Shown: positions 1 to 9,291, counted from the first letter of the stretch. The stretch is 64,000 nt of DNA from Patescibacteria group bacterium (GCA_018897195.1 JAHILH010000001.1:284565-348564); one strand, 5' to 3'. The notes: generated by a model from the letters alone, not told the origin. Program-made: numbers and translations.

Positions 1-630
1 CTCCACAACCTTATCAAAGCCCTTACGCTTGACCAGACGGCCAACACTCAAGAGAACAGTTTTATCTTCTAGGTCATATTCTTTTTTAATTTTTTCCACC
101 AAGGCATCATTGCGCTTAAAGTCATCATTAATTCCCGGATTTACTACATCCACCTTCACCGCGGACACTTCACCAAGAAAGTCCTTCACCATATTAGCTA
201 CAAAATTATTGCTGCAAATTATATTTTTTGAATTATTTAAAATTAATTTTGTCAAAAACTTTTTTCTCTTTCGCCTGATTGCAAAAGCAAAATCCATACC
301 ATGAATTACCACCGAATAGTCAGTCATAGTAAATCGTGAAACAAGATACGTCACTGTCCCCAATGGCAAAAGATGTCCAACAATAACATGATCTATTTTA
401 TTTTTTAAAATATAATAAAACAATTTAAATATACTGGTAATCCATTTAGGATAGACCAATTTCGAGATCAAGCAGCATTGGGTAATTTTTTTATTTACAA
501 TTTTTTTCTCAAAATTGGCCATGACAAAAATGTCATCCTGGTCTGGCCAGTGTTTAACTATATTTTCATAGTAATTCGCCACTCCACCCTTAAACGGTGG
601 ATATTCTAATGTAAATAATAAAACTTTCAT
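1..630 (-). CDS. Glycosyltransferase family 4 (GT-B), N-terminal 210 codons; 3' end lies outside the window
   Basis: Absent from the ORF track because it runs off the window edge. My reverse-strand translation from ATG 630..628 stays open to base 1: MKVLLFTLEYPPFKGGVANYYENIVKHWPDQDD...KTVLLSVGRLVKRKGFDKVVE. The LSVGRL..KG.D stretch is the typical start of a Glycos_transf_1 domain. Confidence 0.7.
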   Translation of the reverse strand, partial: MKVLLFTLEYPPFKGGVANYYENIVKHWPDQDDIFVMANFEKKIVNKKITQCCLISKLVYPKWITSIFKLFYYILKNKIDHVIVGHLLPLGTVTYLVSRFTMTDYSVVIHGMDFAFAIRRKRKKFLTKLILNNSKNIICSNNFVANMVKDFLGEVSAVKVDVVNPGINDDFKRNDALVEKIKKEYDLEDKTVLLSVGRLVKRKGFDKVVE

Positions 631-640
631 AAATTTCTAT

Positions 641-2110
641 TTATTTGCGCGAAAAGGATTGCGCGATACTAAAAACATCTGCTTTGGTAAAACCTCTCAT
701 TGCAAATAAGGTAGTCAAATAAACTACTCCGGAAATAGCGACATTAACAAAGATATTTAAATACTGTTTCAAGGCAAAGGCTACGCTCACCATCACAACA
801 ACTGATGCTAGGATTTTGAAAAATGTCAGCACATTATTCTTGTATTTATAATCAATAATCTTAACCACCTGCGCCATGCCAAGGACAAACATCAAAAAAT
901 TTGTCGCCAAGATTGTAATGCCGGCACCGATGGCCTGATATTGCGGAATCAAAATCAGATTCATGATTACGCTCACCGCCAAACCAATGGCCATATTTCT
1001 GGTATTAATTTTTTGCTTGTCGCAGGCATTAAGCAAAGAGCCGATTGGGAAATTTAAAAATATAAACACCACAGAAGCGATAATTATTTGCAGAGGCACA
1101 ACTGCTTCCACATATTCTGTTTTAAATATTTTTACAATATCATATGCCAAAATCATTACCCCGCCGCTGATCGGCATGGAAATAATCAACAAATAATTAA
1201 CTGCACGGGAAAAAGAAATCGGCAGTTGCTCGCGATTATTGCGCCAGTACGATGAGAAGGCTGGATACAGCGAAGCTGTAAAAGCCATTGGCAAAAATTG
1301 AAGTGCGAAAATTATCTTGAACGGCACCTGATACAACCCGACATATTTCTCCCCGGCCAACCATTGCAATAACACTTGGTCGACATAGGTATACATTCTT
1401 TGCAAGATTCCAAAAATAGCAAACGATGATGACGTTACCATCATGCTCCACATCAGAGTCTTATTCCACCTTGGTCGAATATTAATACCAAATCTAAAAT
1501 AAAGTGTTAATGCTGAATACGTAAAACCAAACAAGCTAGCCAATGCTAAGGCGATAATCAACCAATTTAAGCCGAGCCCAGCGCGCAAGGAAAAGTAGCC
1601 AAAAACAAAGACAATGACTTGAAAAATAAAAACACCCACGCTTTCAAATTTCAAATTATGAAAACCGCGCATAACAGCATAAAAGGTAATTGCAAAAGAA
1701 TCCAAGACCATGCTAATCGAAGACAGATAGATTAAAAATTTTATCACCGGTGAATAGTGAAAAATACTCGCGAGCATTGCCACTAATAAAGCCGAAAAAA
1801 TAGCCGTTGGAATCTTAATCGCCATCACTGTGCTTAAGAGATTTTGGGCAAATGCTTTTTTGCCGCCATTCTCCTGAGTGGGTGCCTGGTCATTATTCTT
1901 GGCCACTTCCCTAGTTAAAAAATTAAAAAGCCCGATATCAATAAAAATTCCAAAAATAGATGTAAATGATATAGCAAAGTAATACCTACCCAGGTCTTCT
2001 GGGGACAAAGTTCTGGCCAACATGGCAAAATACGCAAAAGAAACAACCTTTTGCATCACCAAGGCCATCGTATAATAAGATGTATTTTTCGCGATATTAT
2101 TTATTTTCAT
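641..2110 (-). CDS. Polysaccharide/O-antigen flippase, Wzx-like (MOP superfamily)
   Basis: 489-aa polytopic membrane protein. The N-terminus (NTSYYTMALVMQKVVSFAYFAMLARTLSPEDLGRYYF) fits the conserved start of 'polysaccharide biosynthesis protein' flippases, and it sits in a glycosyltransferase cluster. Confidence 0.7.
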   Translation of the reverse strand: MKINNIAKNTSYYTMALVMQKVVSFAYFAMLARTLSPEDLGRYYFAISFTSIFGIFIDIGLFNFLTREVAKNNDQAPTQENGGKKAFAQNLLSTVMAIKIPTAIFSALLVAMLASIFHYSPVIKFLIYLSSISMVLDSFAITFYAVMRGFHNLKFESVGVFIFQVIVFVFGYFSLRAGLGLNWLIIALALASLFGFTYSALTLYFRFGINIRPRWNKTLMWSMMVTSSSFAIFGILQRMYTYVDQVLLQWLAGEKYVGLYQVPFKIIFALQFLPMAFTASLYPAFSSYWRNNREQLPISFSRAVNYLLIISMPISGGVMILAYDIVKIFKTEYVEAVVPLQIIIASVVFIFLNFPIGSLLNACDKQKINTRNMAIGLAVSVIMNLILIPQYQAIGAGITILATNFLMFVLGMAQVVKIIDYKYKNNVLTFFKILASVVVMVSVAFALKQYLNIFVNVAISGVVYLTTLFAMRGFTKADVFSIAQSFSRK

Positions 2111-2117
2111 TATTTTT

Positions 2118-2126
2118 ATTGTAACA
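2118..2126 (-). promoter_or_regulatory. Extended -10 promoter (TGTTACAAT), 7 nt upstream of the flippase ATG
   Basis: The reverse strand reads ...ATATGTTACAATAAAAATAATG. There is no Shine-Dalgarno, so the spacing would put the transcription start at or next to the ATG. Confidence 0.45.
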
Positions 2127-2157
2127 TATTATTTTAAAAACACCACCCTCAAAAAAA

Positions 2158-2189
2158 CAAAAAATCTTGTTAAAACAAGACTTTTTTTA
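2158..2189. terminator. Bidirectional intrinsic terminator
   Basis: AAAAAATCTTGTTAAAACAAGACTTTTTTT. Serves ORF 2212..2970 on the minus strand. Confidence 0.6.
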
Positions 2190-2211
2190 ACCTAATATTA
2201 CAAGATAAATT

Positions 2212-2970
2212 CTACTCCTCAACACCAGCAACTTGACCAGTAATATCTTCCACGGGCACTGTTTGATTGTTTCTAATTTTATCAAAATTCTTCTTAATAT
2301 ATTCCGCCAATTGCTCCTTAGTAACAACTTCTGTTTTTTTTGCGGTCATTATACCCTCAGTCTCATCGACAATATTTTGCATTTTTACAATTTTATTGAT
2401 TGGGTATTCAAACATTGAATCAATTTTTGAAATTGATTTATTGGTGAAATTGGGAAAAATTGCAGTTGAGAAAAAAGAAATCATTAATACAGACATTACC
2501 ATCACGCTATAATTCAAAACATTGCCCTGGGGCACATATTCTAATTTTTCTTTAATTAAAATAGAAAATGTTTTTCTTTTTTTATTATGAGTTTTTTTTC
2601 TAATTAAGTCTTCTACGTCTTTATGAATATTAACTTTCATATTCTTATAAATCTCATCCCAGCCCTCAAAAGTTACATAATCAACCTGCATCTCTGTATT
2701 CTTGCCATCCAAAAATACCTCCATAGTTTTAATTAATTTACTCGCATTCGCTAGTCGATTCTTCACATTGGACTTCTTACCAAAAACATTCTCAGCTTTT
2801 TTAACAACTGACTTCTTCGAAGTTTCTACTTTTTTTGCTAGTGCTTTTTCAATTTTCTTAATTGTTTGCTTTGGCAAAACTTTTGCCACGACTGGCTTTG
2901 ATTTCTGACTCTGAAATTCATTATTCAAGAAATCAATAAACGCTGTACTTTTATTTTTGTCTTTTATCAT
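2212..2970 (-). CDS. Hypothetical lysine-rich protein with one central TM helix
   Basis: 252-aa ORF with a hydrophobic segment (VLNYSVMVMSVLMISFFSTAIF). No motif recognised. Flanked by terminator-like hairpins. Confidence 0.45.
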   Translation of the reverse strand: MIKDKNKSTAFIDFLNNEFQSQKSKPVVAKVLPKQTIKKIEKALAKKVETSKKSVVKKAENVFGKKSNVKNRLANASKLIKTMEVFLDGKNTEMQVDYVTFEGWDEIYKNMKVNIHKDVEDLIRKKTHNKKRKTFSILIKEKLEYVPQGNVLNYSVMVMSVLMISFFSTAIFPNFTNKSISKIDSMFEYPINKIVKMQNIVDETEGIMTAKKTEVVTKEQLAEYIKKNFDKIRNNQTVPVEDITGQVAGVEE

Positions 2971-3050
2971 GGGGATAGATTTGAGTTATTAACAGTTAAG
3001 TTCATTATAACATATTTTTGCAAGTGGCACAATATTTTTTTAAACATAAA

Positions 3051-3082
3051 CAAAAACGCTCCTCAACAGAGAAGCGTTTTTA
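3051..3082. terminator. Bidirectional intrinsic terminator
   Basis: AAAAACGCT-CCTCAACAGAGA-AGCGTTTTT. Downstream of gene 3103..5538. Confidence 0.6.
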
Positions 3083-3102
3083 AATTTTATATCTTTTATT
3101 TT

Positions 3103-5538
3103 CTACAATCCCTTAAATTGCACACTCACGGCATCCTTTGTTGCCTGATCTTGCAAAACATTATTAACTAAATAGTCAGCCATTATTTTTGCCTTATCAT
3201 TCTCGCCGATCTTTTGATAAAGAACAGCTAGGCTGTAGCGAGCATTGGCATGATTTGGGTTACCACCCTGAGTTGGGTCCAGCAGGATACTTAAGAATAA
3301 TTGTTCAGCAGTGTTTAGGTCGGCATTTCTTTCGATTTTTCCGCCTGCTTGTCCGGCTTGCACGCTTAGGTTTTGCCCATTTGCATCAAGAGCGTTTTGT
3401 TGCACCTTTGGATCAACAACGCCGCGATTAAAATAAAGGCGACCTAATTCAAATCTATAATCCAGATTGTCGCGCGCGATCAGATTAGCATTTTTTAATT
3501 GCTCAATCGCGTCGTCGATTTTATTTAATTTTTCACTCGCAATCGCCTTGCCATAATATGCTGCGGCCAAATCACCCTTTTTGGCAATTGCTTCATCGTA
3601 CTTCTTTATCGCTTCTTCGATATAAAATTTCTTTTCCTCGTCAGCAGTTTCAATATTTGACTTAGCCATATTAACTAAAGCCATTCTAAGATATGAGGTT
3701 GGATTTTGTGGATCAAGCGCGCTTACCTTTTTATATAATTCTGCCGCTGCATCCAAGGCGCCCCGTGTGTAGAAAGAAGCATTTTCATAAATCAAGGCCA
3801 GGGATTCATTATTTGCTGCTTTGTTAGGTGCATACTGTATAGCCTTTTTGCCCTGCTCAATCGCCGTATTTAAGCTGCTCGCCACTTCTGCCTGATCGTT
3901 ACTACCCATAGCAGCTTTGTTGGCGATAGCCATATAATTGTTTGCAGAATTTATATAATATACATCTTGATAACCAGCCAAGGAAATCGCTTTATTTAAT
4001 TTTTCATTCTTCTGAGCTAAATCATCAATCATTGATGACTCCTTGGCATAAACATCAGCCATATACATTTTCATACCCATCGTGAACAAAATTACCACTC
4101 CAGAACTAACAACCAGGAAGACAGCCGCCAAAGCCAAGGCATACTTTGCTTCGGCTCGAAAAGAAAGACCAACAATTTTGAATTTTTCTGGATACATTTC
4201 AATGCCAGACGCAACCGCCAAAATTGAAATTAAGACTGAAAGAATAATTATGGAATTATTTTGCGGAAACAAAAGTGCAAAAAGCACAATTGAAATAAAA
4301 CTCGCAAACAAACCGACAATAACGGTATTCGCTTCATTGTCTTTACCCTTAATCAATGTCAAAAATAAAATAGAAAGAGAGATTAGCAATAAGACAATAA
4401 CCATAACTGCACCTGGCACGCCAACAGTAGCTATCAATTCAAACAAGGCGCCGGTTGAACTATCAAAACGCACATTCCAAAGCGGTGACATGTTAAAATT
4501 AACATTTTTAAACTTAGAAAAACTATAATCAAATGTAGAAAGACCAGATCCGAAAATCGGATTTTCACGTACAGCTGATTTGGCAATGTCCCAAGAAGCA
4601 CCACGAGAAAGACTAACCTCAGCTGGTAAATTCAAATTCTTAATTTGAAAATTTCCCATTACCAAGAAAATAATCAGCACTAAAAAAGTTAGCAATGGGA
4701 TTATTAAATTATTAGTTGAAATCTTGATAATCTTTGCCATAAAAAACATCAACAACACAACCAAGCCAACAACGGGAATCGGCCAGAAGGTAAAACCGTT
4801 CAAGATGGCCAAAACTGTCAATGATGAAATTATTGAAATACCAGAAATGGTTTTTATTGCTACTAAAAGGGCTTTTGATGCATTCGGTAATAACTCTTTT
4901 GCTTGTGCTGCAACCACTACAAACAAGGGCAAAATCATCACCAAATACATTGTCAAACCAGATAAAGAGCCGATAGGATTAACACCTTGATTATGTGTAA
5001 AACCCATAGGCAAGAGATATTTTCCGTTTATTTGTAATAAGGAATAGATGCTCAATAAAAAACCAGAGGTCACAATAGCGCCAAAAAATAATTTAATATT
5101 TTTTAAATTAATATTATTTACCACTAAATAAAAAAACAAAGCATACACGATAATAGCAATAAGGCCCTTTGACGAATTTCCGTAAGAACCAATCAAACTA
5201 TCCTTAGCGCTAATTGAAAAAATAGTAGAAGCACTAAACAAAACCAAAGTTATTAAAATTGGAATGTCCAGGGGTGTTTTTTTAAAAGATAGTTCACCGG
5301 CAACTACGCCCTTTGTCACCCAAGCCACAACTCCAACCAAAACTAAAAAATAAAACAAGACAATCTTGTCAAAGCCAAAGCCCTGAGCGGTTAGATTGGT
5401 AAAAAATAACGGGATCATGAAAAAAACTAAGGCAATTGAACCCTTGATTATAAGATCTAGGATCATGGTTGCGCCGAATTTATTAACTGATTCCACCCCC
5501 CCCAAAGACGATTTTGAATTGATTTTGGCTTCATTCAT
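3103..5538 (-). CDS. O-antigen ligase/polymerase-like polytopic membrane protein with C-terminal TPR repeats
   Basis: 811 aa. The N-terminal ~480 aa are multi-TM with a Wzy_C-like loop (SRGASWDIAKSAVRENPIFGSGLSTF). The C-terminal ~300 aa show TPR-like repeats (AAAYYGKAIASEKLNKIDDAIEQLKNA, ARYSLAVLYQKIGENDKAKIMADYL). Confidence 0.6.
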   Translation of the reverse strand: MNEAKINSKSSLGGVESVNKFGATMILDLIIKGSIALVFFMIPLFFTNLTAQGFGFDKIVLFYFLVLVGVVAWVTKGVVAGELSFKKTPLDIPILITLVLFSASTIFSISAKDSLIGSYGNSSKGLIAIIVYALFFYLVVNNINLKNIKLFFGAIVTSGFLLSIYSLLQINGKYLLPMGFTHNQGVNPIGSLSGLTMYLVMILPLFVVVAAQAKELLPNASKALLVAIKTISGISIISSLTVLAILNGFTFWPIPVVGLVVLLMFFMAKIIKISTNNLIIPLLTFLVLIIFLVMGNFQIKNLNLPAEVSLSRGASWDIAKSAVRENPIFGSGLSTFDYSFSKFKNVNFNMSPLWNVRFDSSTGALFELIATVGVPGAVMVIVLLLISLSILFLTLIKGKDNEANTVIVGLFASFISIVLFALLFPQNNSIIILSVLISILAVASGIEMYPEKFKIVGLSFRAEAKYALALAAVFLVVSSGVVILFTMGMKMYMADVYAKESSMIDDLAQKNEKLNKAISLAGYQDVYYINSANNYMAIANKAAMGSNDQAEVASSLNTAIEQGKKAIQYAPNKAANNESLALIYENASFYTRGALDAAAELYKKVSALDPQNPTSYLRMALVNMAKSNIETADEEKKFYIEEAIKKYDEAIAKKGDLAAAYYGKAIASEKLNKIDDAIEQLKNANLIARDNLDYRFELGRLYFNRGVVDPKVQQNALDANGQNLSVQAGQAGGKIERNADLNTAEQLFLSILLDPTQGGNPNHANARYSLAVLYQKIGENDKAKIMADYLVNNVLQDQATKDAVSVQFKGL

Positions 5539-5621
5539 AAATTTTCTAATATTAACCCCGAGGGATTTTAAATAATTAATATATGTGTATATCTAATTAG
5601 ATTATATCTAAAAAATTAAAT

Positions 5622-6740
5622 TTAATCAATTTCACCTTGACTATTCTGACTTATAAAAATATTTATCTTGTCCTTAAATATTTGTTCTGAAAAGCTTTCA
5701 GCGTGTTTTTTAATTTCACTTGAATTGAACTCATGTTTATCAAAGACATTAATCGCCTCCACCAAGCTCTCTACTGACTGATTATCAAAAAATAATCCCG
5801 TTTTTCCACTTATCACCGTTTCGGTAGCTCCCCCTTTTTTATAAGCAATAACTGGTCGCCCTGATGCCATCGCTTCGACAACGGTAATTCCAAAATCCTC
5901 TTCTTGTGGATTAATAAAAGCTAGGCAATTACTATACAGTTCAGCTTTTTCATCCTCGCTAACTCGACCAAGAAATTCAATATTATCAGCGCCATTGGCA
6001 ATACTCTTCAATCGTTCAATATCCACGCCACTACCAAATATTTTTAGTTTCTTGTCTTTTAATTTTTTGAAAGCCTCAACTACGATATCAACCCGCTTAT
6101 AAGCCGCTAAACGCCCGCCAATTAAGAAATAATCTTTGGATTCATTTGAAATTTTAAAACGACTCAATTCAACCGGTGGATAAATAATTTCAGAATCACG
6201 GCGATAATATTTACTGATACGTTTTTGCACTGTTTGAGAATTCGCAATAAATAAATCAACTCGCTGTGCGGCCACAAAATCCCAAATCCGTAATTTATTC
6301 AACACCAAGGATATAACTTTCTTGAAATATTTATTGTAAGAAAGTTCATTAATATATTGATGGGTATAATCCCAGAGATATCTCGTCGGCGTGTGACAAT
6401 AACAAATGTGCAAAGTATCCGGCTTGGTTATCACTCCCTTGGCAAACGCTGAGGCATCGGAAATGACAATATCAAAATCGCTCAGGTCAAAAAACTCAAC
6501 GGCAATCGGCATGTATTTCAAATACCATTGATAATGTTTTACACCACCTGGTAATTTTTGAATAATAGAGGTTTTTATTTCTCGCCCTTTAAAATATTTA
6601 TTTACATGCTTTTCTTCATACAATAAAGTATAAATCGGCGCCTCCGGAAACATATCCGCCAACACCTTTAAAACTTTTTCCGCTCCCCCGTCCTGGGCTA
6701 GATGGTCATGAACTAAGGCAATTTTTTTGTTTGTAATCAT
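5622..6740 (-). CDS. Glycosyltransferase family 4
   Basis: Start moved to ATG 6740 (MITNKKIALVHDHLAQDGGAEKV...). The track's 35-codon extension to 6845 translates the repeat elements (IPAFAGMT). EX7E region present: EEDFGITVVEAMASGRPVIAYKKGGATETV. Confidence 0.8.
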   Translation of the reverse strand: MITNKKIALVHDHLAQDGGAEKVLKVLADMFPEAPIYTLLYEEKHVNKYFKGREIKTSIIQKLPGGVKHYQWYLKYMPIAVEFFDLSDFDIVISDASAFAKGVITKPDTLHICYCHTPTRYLWDYTHQYINELSYNKYFKKVISLVLNKLRIWDFVAAQRVDLFIANSQTVQKRISKYYRRDSEIIYPPVELSRFKISNESKDYFLIGGRLAAYKRVDIVVEAFKKLKDKKLKIFGSGVDIERLKSIANGADNIEFLGRVSEDEKAELYSNCLAFINPQEEDFGITVVEAMASGRPVIAYKKGGATETVISGKTGLFFDNQSVESLVEAINVFDKHEFNSSEIKKHAESFSEQIFKDKINIFISQNSQGEID

Positions 6741-6750
6741 ATCTTCTTTC

Positions 6751-6780
6751 GTCATCCCCGCGAAGGCGGGGATCCAGGTA
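6751..6780. repeat. Solo terminal hairpin of the same element family
   Basis: GTCATCCCCGCGAAGGCGGGGATCCAGGTA, matching the right-end type in reverse orientation. No partner end lies within 200 bp. Confidence 0.7.
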
Positions 6781-6816
6781 TTATTTAGATTATTCGTTAT
6801 AATTCTCATCCCAATA

Positions 6817-6913
6817 CCCCTCACCCCGACCCTCTCTCCTCCCAAGGCGGACAGGCCGCCGGGGCGAGGGAGTTTGTATTCCCTCTCCTTTGTAGGAGAG
6901 GGTTAGGGTGAGG
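6817..6913. repeat. GC-rich palindromic repeat, family 2 (CCCTCACCCC / CCCTCTCC units)
   Basis: CCCCTCACCCCGACCCTCTCTCC...GGGGCGAGGGAG..CCCTCTCCTTTGTAGGAGAGGGTTAGGGTGAGG. The outer CCTCACCC/GGGTGAGG and inner CCCTCTCC/GGAGAGGG segments are self-complementary. Confidence 0.75.
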
Positions 6914-6921
6914 CAGAAAAG

Positions 6922-8337
6922 CTACTCTGTCTTTCGACCCTTTAATATCGCAATTGGCGTTCTCAAGAATATTGCTAAATCCAAAAGCAAGGACCAGTTT
7001 TCAATATAATAAGTATCCAATTTCACTTCTTCCTCAAAAGTTAAATCACTGCGACCAGAAATCTGTGCCATACCAGTCATACCAGGTTTAATCGTCAAAA
7101 CTTTTTTGTGATGATGTTCATACTTCGCCACTTCTTCCGGCAAATGCGGACGCGGACCAACCAAGCTCATGTCGCCCTTTAATACTAAAAATAATTCCGG
7201 CAACTCGTCTATGCTCCAACGACGAATAAAGCGACCGACGCGAGTGACACGCGGATCATCCTTAATTTTAACCATTGGCCCTTCAGATCGAATATTTTTA
7301 CTAGCCAACTCCGTATAGCGCAGACTATCCGTCTTCGGTGTCATGGATCGAAACTTAAGATAGTTAAATAATTTACCACCCTGCCCTACACGACACAAAG
7401 GACTGTCGTCATCTTTCTTATAAAAGAACACCGGCCCACTCGAATCAATCTTTACCAATAAAGCGGTTACGATTAAAATCGGTGATACTAAAATAATTAT
7501 AAAAATCGAACCAACAACGTCAAAAGTTCTTTTCGCAATTCTGCCCCAACCCTCCAATGGAGTTTTGATAACTTCTACAATCGGCACACCGGCAATTTCC
7601 ATCACATCGGTTTTTAGCACTTTGGCATCCAATAAATCAGCCGCATAACGAAACGTAATATGATTTTCATCAGCAAAATCAAACATACGCAAAGTCTCCG
7701 CCTTGGATAAGTTCGGATCACATTGAATAATCTCATCAATTTGTCTGAGTTTAATAAATTCTTGCAATTCCTGTGAAGTCTCAATGCTAAAATCTTTCAA
7801 ACGCTTCACCACATTAATACCTAAGGATTTTCGCGTTGCAAACTCCTGCACCAAAACATCAGCCGTCTTGCTAAAACCAACCAAAACAATATCATGTAAA
7901 CCGATACCATAGTTAAACAAACCCTTTTGCAACTCACGCATCAAGATGCGATAAAAAGTAATATATAAAATTGAAATAATCCAACCGGCTAAAACAATAA
8001 AACGAGAATCAAAAAGTTCTCGTCGTAAAAAAATCATAATCACAATCAGCATCAAACCCGTGGAACACGCCAAGGTAATCTTATAGAATTCCCTAATCAC
8101 CTTCTTGGTGCTTTTGATATTATAAAGTCCGGCAAAAGCAAAGATAATAATCCAAGCAACGGCAATCAACATCAACACTTTCAAATAATCGGCAAAATTC
8201 AAATTAAAAACGACCGGTCTGATTCCTATTGTAAATTCTGAAAATCTAATCTGATATGCGGTAATACCCGCCAAGATAATCATTATAAAATCCAAAGGCA
8301 CCAAAAGAAACGAGAAAACTAATTCTGATTTTTTCAT
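6922..8337 (-). CDS. Polyprenyl-phosphate glycosyl-1-phosphate transferase (bacterial sugar transferase, WbaP-like)
   Basis: C-terminal sugar-transferase domain: KRTFDVVGSIFIIILVSPILIVTALLVKIDSSGPVFF...LKFRSM...DELPELFLVLKGDMSLVGPRP. Start moved to ATG 8337 (MKKSELVFSF...). The extension to 8400 translates a repeat end (SRLRGNDG). Confidence 0.85.
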   Translation of the reverse strand: MKKSELVFSFLLVPLDFIMIILAGITAYQIRFSEFTIGIRPVVFNLNFADYLKVLMLIAVAWIIIFAFAGLYNIKSTKKVIREFYKITLACSTGLMLIVIMIFLRRELFDSRFIVLAGWIISILYITFYRILMRELQKGLFNYGIGLHDIVLVGFSKTADVLVQEFATRKSLGINVVKRLKDFSIETSQELQEFIKLRQIDEIIQCDPNLSKAETLRMFDFADENHITFRYAADLLDAKVLKTDVMEIAGVPIVEVIKTPLEGWGRIAKRTFDVVGSIFIIILVSPILIVTALLVKIDSSGPVFFYKKDDDSPLCRVGQGGKLFNYLKFRSMTPKTDSLRYTELASKNIRSEGPMVKIKDDPRVTRVGRFIRRWSIDELPELFLVLKGDMSLVGPRPHLPEEVAKYEHHHKKVLTIKPGMTGMAQISGRSDLTFEEEVKLDTYYIENWSLLLDLAIFLRTPIAILKGRKTE

Positions 8338-8364
8338 ATATAATAAGACTAACACCAATTCCCC

Positions 8365-8532
8365 GTCATTCCCGCGAAGGCGGGAATCCAGGCGCCACAA
8401 TGAGCGGGCGCACGATTATAGAGACTAGTCTTGATAAAATATTGGTTATAAAAATACTTTGTTTAATTTTAATTTTCCTTATATTGAAATCATTGTACGA
8501 GGTACCTGGATCCCCGTCTTCACGGGGATGAC
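8365..8532 (+). mobile_element. REPIN/MITE-like element, copy A (168 bp)
   Basis: GTCATTCCCGCGAAGGCGGGAATCCAGGCGCCACA...CGAGGTACCTGGATCCCCGTCTTCACGGGGATGAC. Terminal inverted repeats, no ORF. Lies between the rnpB 3' end and the sugar-transferase start. Confidence 0.8.
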
Positions 8533-8547
8533 AGTTGTATTCCAATA

Positions 8548-8884
8548 ATCTTAAGGCAAGCGATAAGCCGGATTCTGTCGTGGGCAACTATTTATCTAAG
8601 CCTTGATATTGCTATCAAGATCAAGCGGCACTTCCTGGCTTGCGCCAAGACACGGCCTTGCTCCTTGCAGGGTTTACCACGTCACTCTGTCACCAGAGGA
8701 CGAATCGAGTGGTCTCGAAACTTTTCACCTTTCATCCCGATTGCTCGGGACTAGTATTGTCTCTGTGGCACTTTCCCTAGAATTACTCCTGGTGGACGTT
8801 ATCCACTGCAATGTTCGCTCTTGCGAGCGGGAGTCCGGACTTTCCTCCCCGGCCAAAACCGGAGCAACTGCCTACTTACCTTAA
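8548..8884 (-). ncRNA. rnpB: RNase P RNA (bacterial type A-like)
   Basis: The reverse strand contains GGGGAGGAAAGUCCGGACUCCC (5' strand of P4/CR-I), AGUGCCACAGAGA, GGUAAACCCUGCAAGGAGCAAGG and ACAGAAUCCGGCUUAUCG (CR-V). The 5' UAAGGUAAG can pair with the 3' CUUGCCUUA as P1. Ends are approximate to about +/-10 nt. Confidence 0.9.
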
Positions 8885-8912
8885 AATTATTAAAATCCAA
8901 AAAGATGATTAG

Positions 8913-8941
8913 ATTATATCAGAATGGATTTGGAAAGTCAA
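8913..8941 (-). promoter_or_regulatory. Consensus sigma70-type promoter for rnpB
   Basis: The reverse strand reads TTGACT-17 nt-TATAAT, ~25 nt upstream of the proposed P1 helix. Confidence 0.7.
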
Positions 8942-8962
8942 AAAGGCAAAATCTTGAAAAAT

Positions 8963-8992
8963 AAAAAAAGAAGCTCCATTTCTGAAGCTTCA
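8963..8992 (-). terminator. Intrinsic terminator of the small-protein operon
   Basis: The reverse strand reads GAAGCTTCAGAAATGGAGCTTC followed by TTTTTTT. Confidence 0.65.
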
Positions 8993-9014
8993 GGCTGATT
9001 TAAAATCAAGTAAA

Positions 9015-9275
9015 TTAACCTTTATTCGATACAAGCTCACGTTTAAGCGCTAAGTCATCTTTTTCTTTTTCTTTTTGACTGTCTTTGAAGAGACTTACGC
9101 TTAAAATTGCTGATAACGCGGAAAACGCGAAAGCCAATATAAACGTAACGAGAATGTCTTTTTAATTAAAAATTGCTGCTTGAATGACTGAGATCCTGCC
9201 AAACATAAACATCCCGAGAAACATGGCAATTACTGCACCGAATTTAATAAAAAATCTCGCATTATAAGACTTCAT
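9015..9275 (-). pseudogene. Small membrane protein gene interrupted by an in-frame TAA (37 codons + stop + 48 codons)
   Basis: GGAGGA RBS 6 nt before ATG 9275. Reads MKSYNARFFIKFGAVIAMFLGMFMFGRISVIQAAIFN, then TAA (9164..9162). The same frame continues KDILVTFILAFAFSALSAILSVSLFKDSQKEKEKDDLALKRELVSNKG to TAA 9017..9015. The only terminator follows the second part. Alternatively only the 37-aa peptide is made. Confidence 0.4.
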
Positions 9276-9291
9276 CCTCGTTCCTCCATTT

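Noticed and set aside
8366-8587. 73-aa minus-strand ORF
   Set aside because: It consists of the REPIN/MITE-like copy A plus the 3' end of rnpB, so it is a translation artefact.
8603-8884. 93-aa plus-strand ORF in the track
   Set aside because: It lies exactly antisense to RNase P RNA. The RNA motifs (GGAGGAAAGUCCGG, ACAGAAUCCGGCUUA) explain the conservation-like GC content, and the ORF has no RBS.
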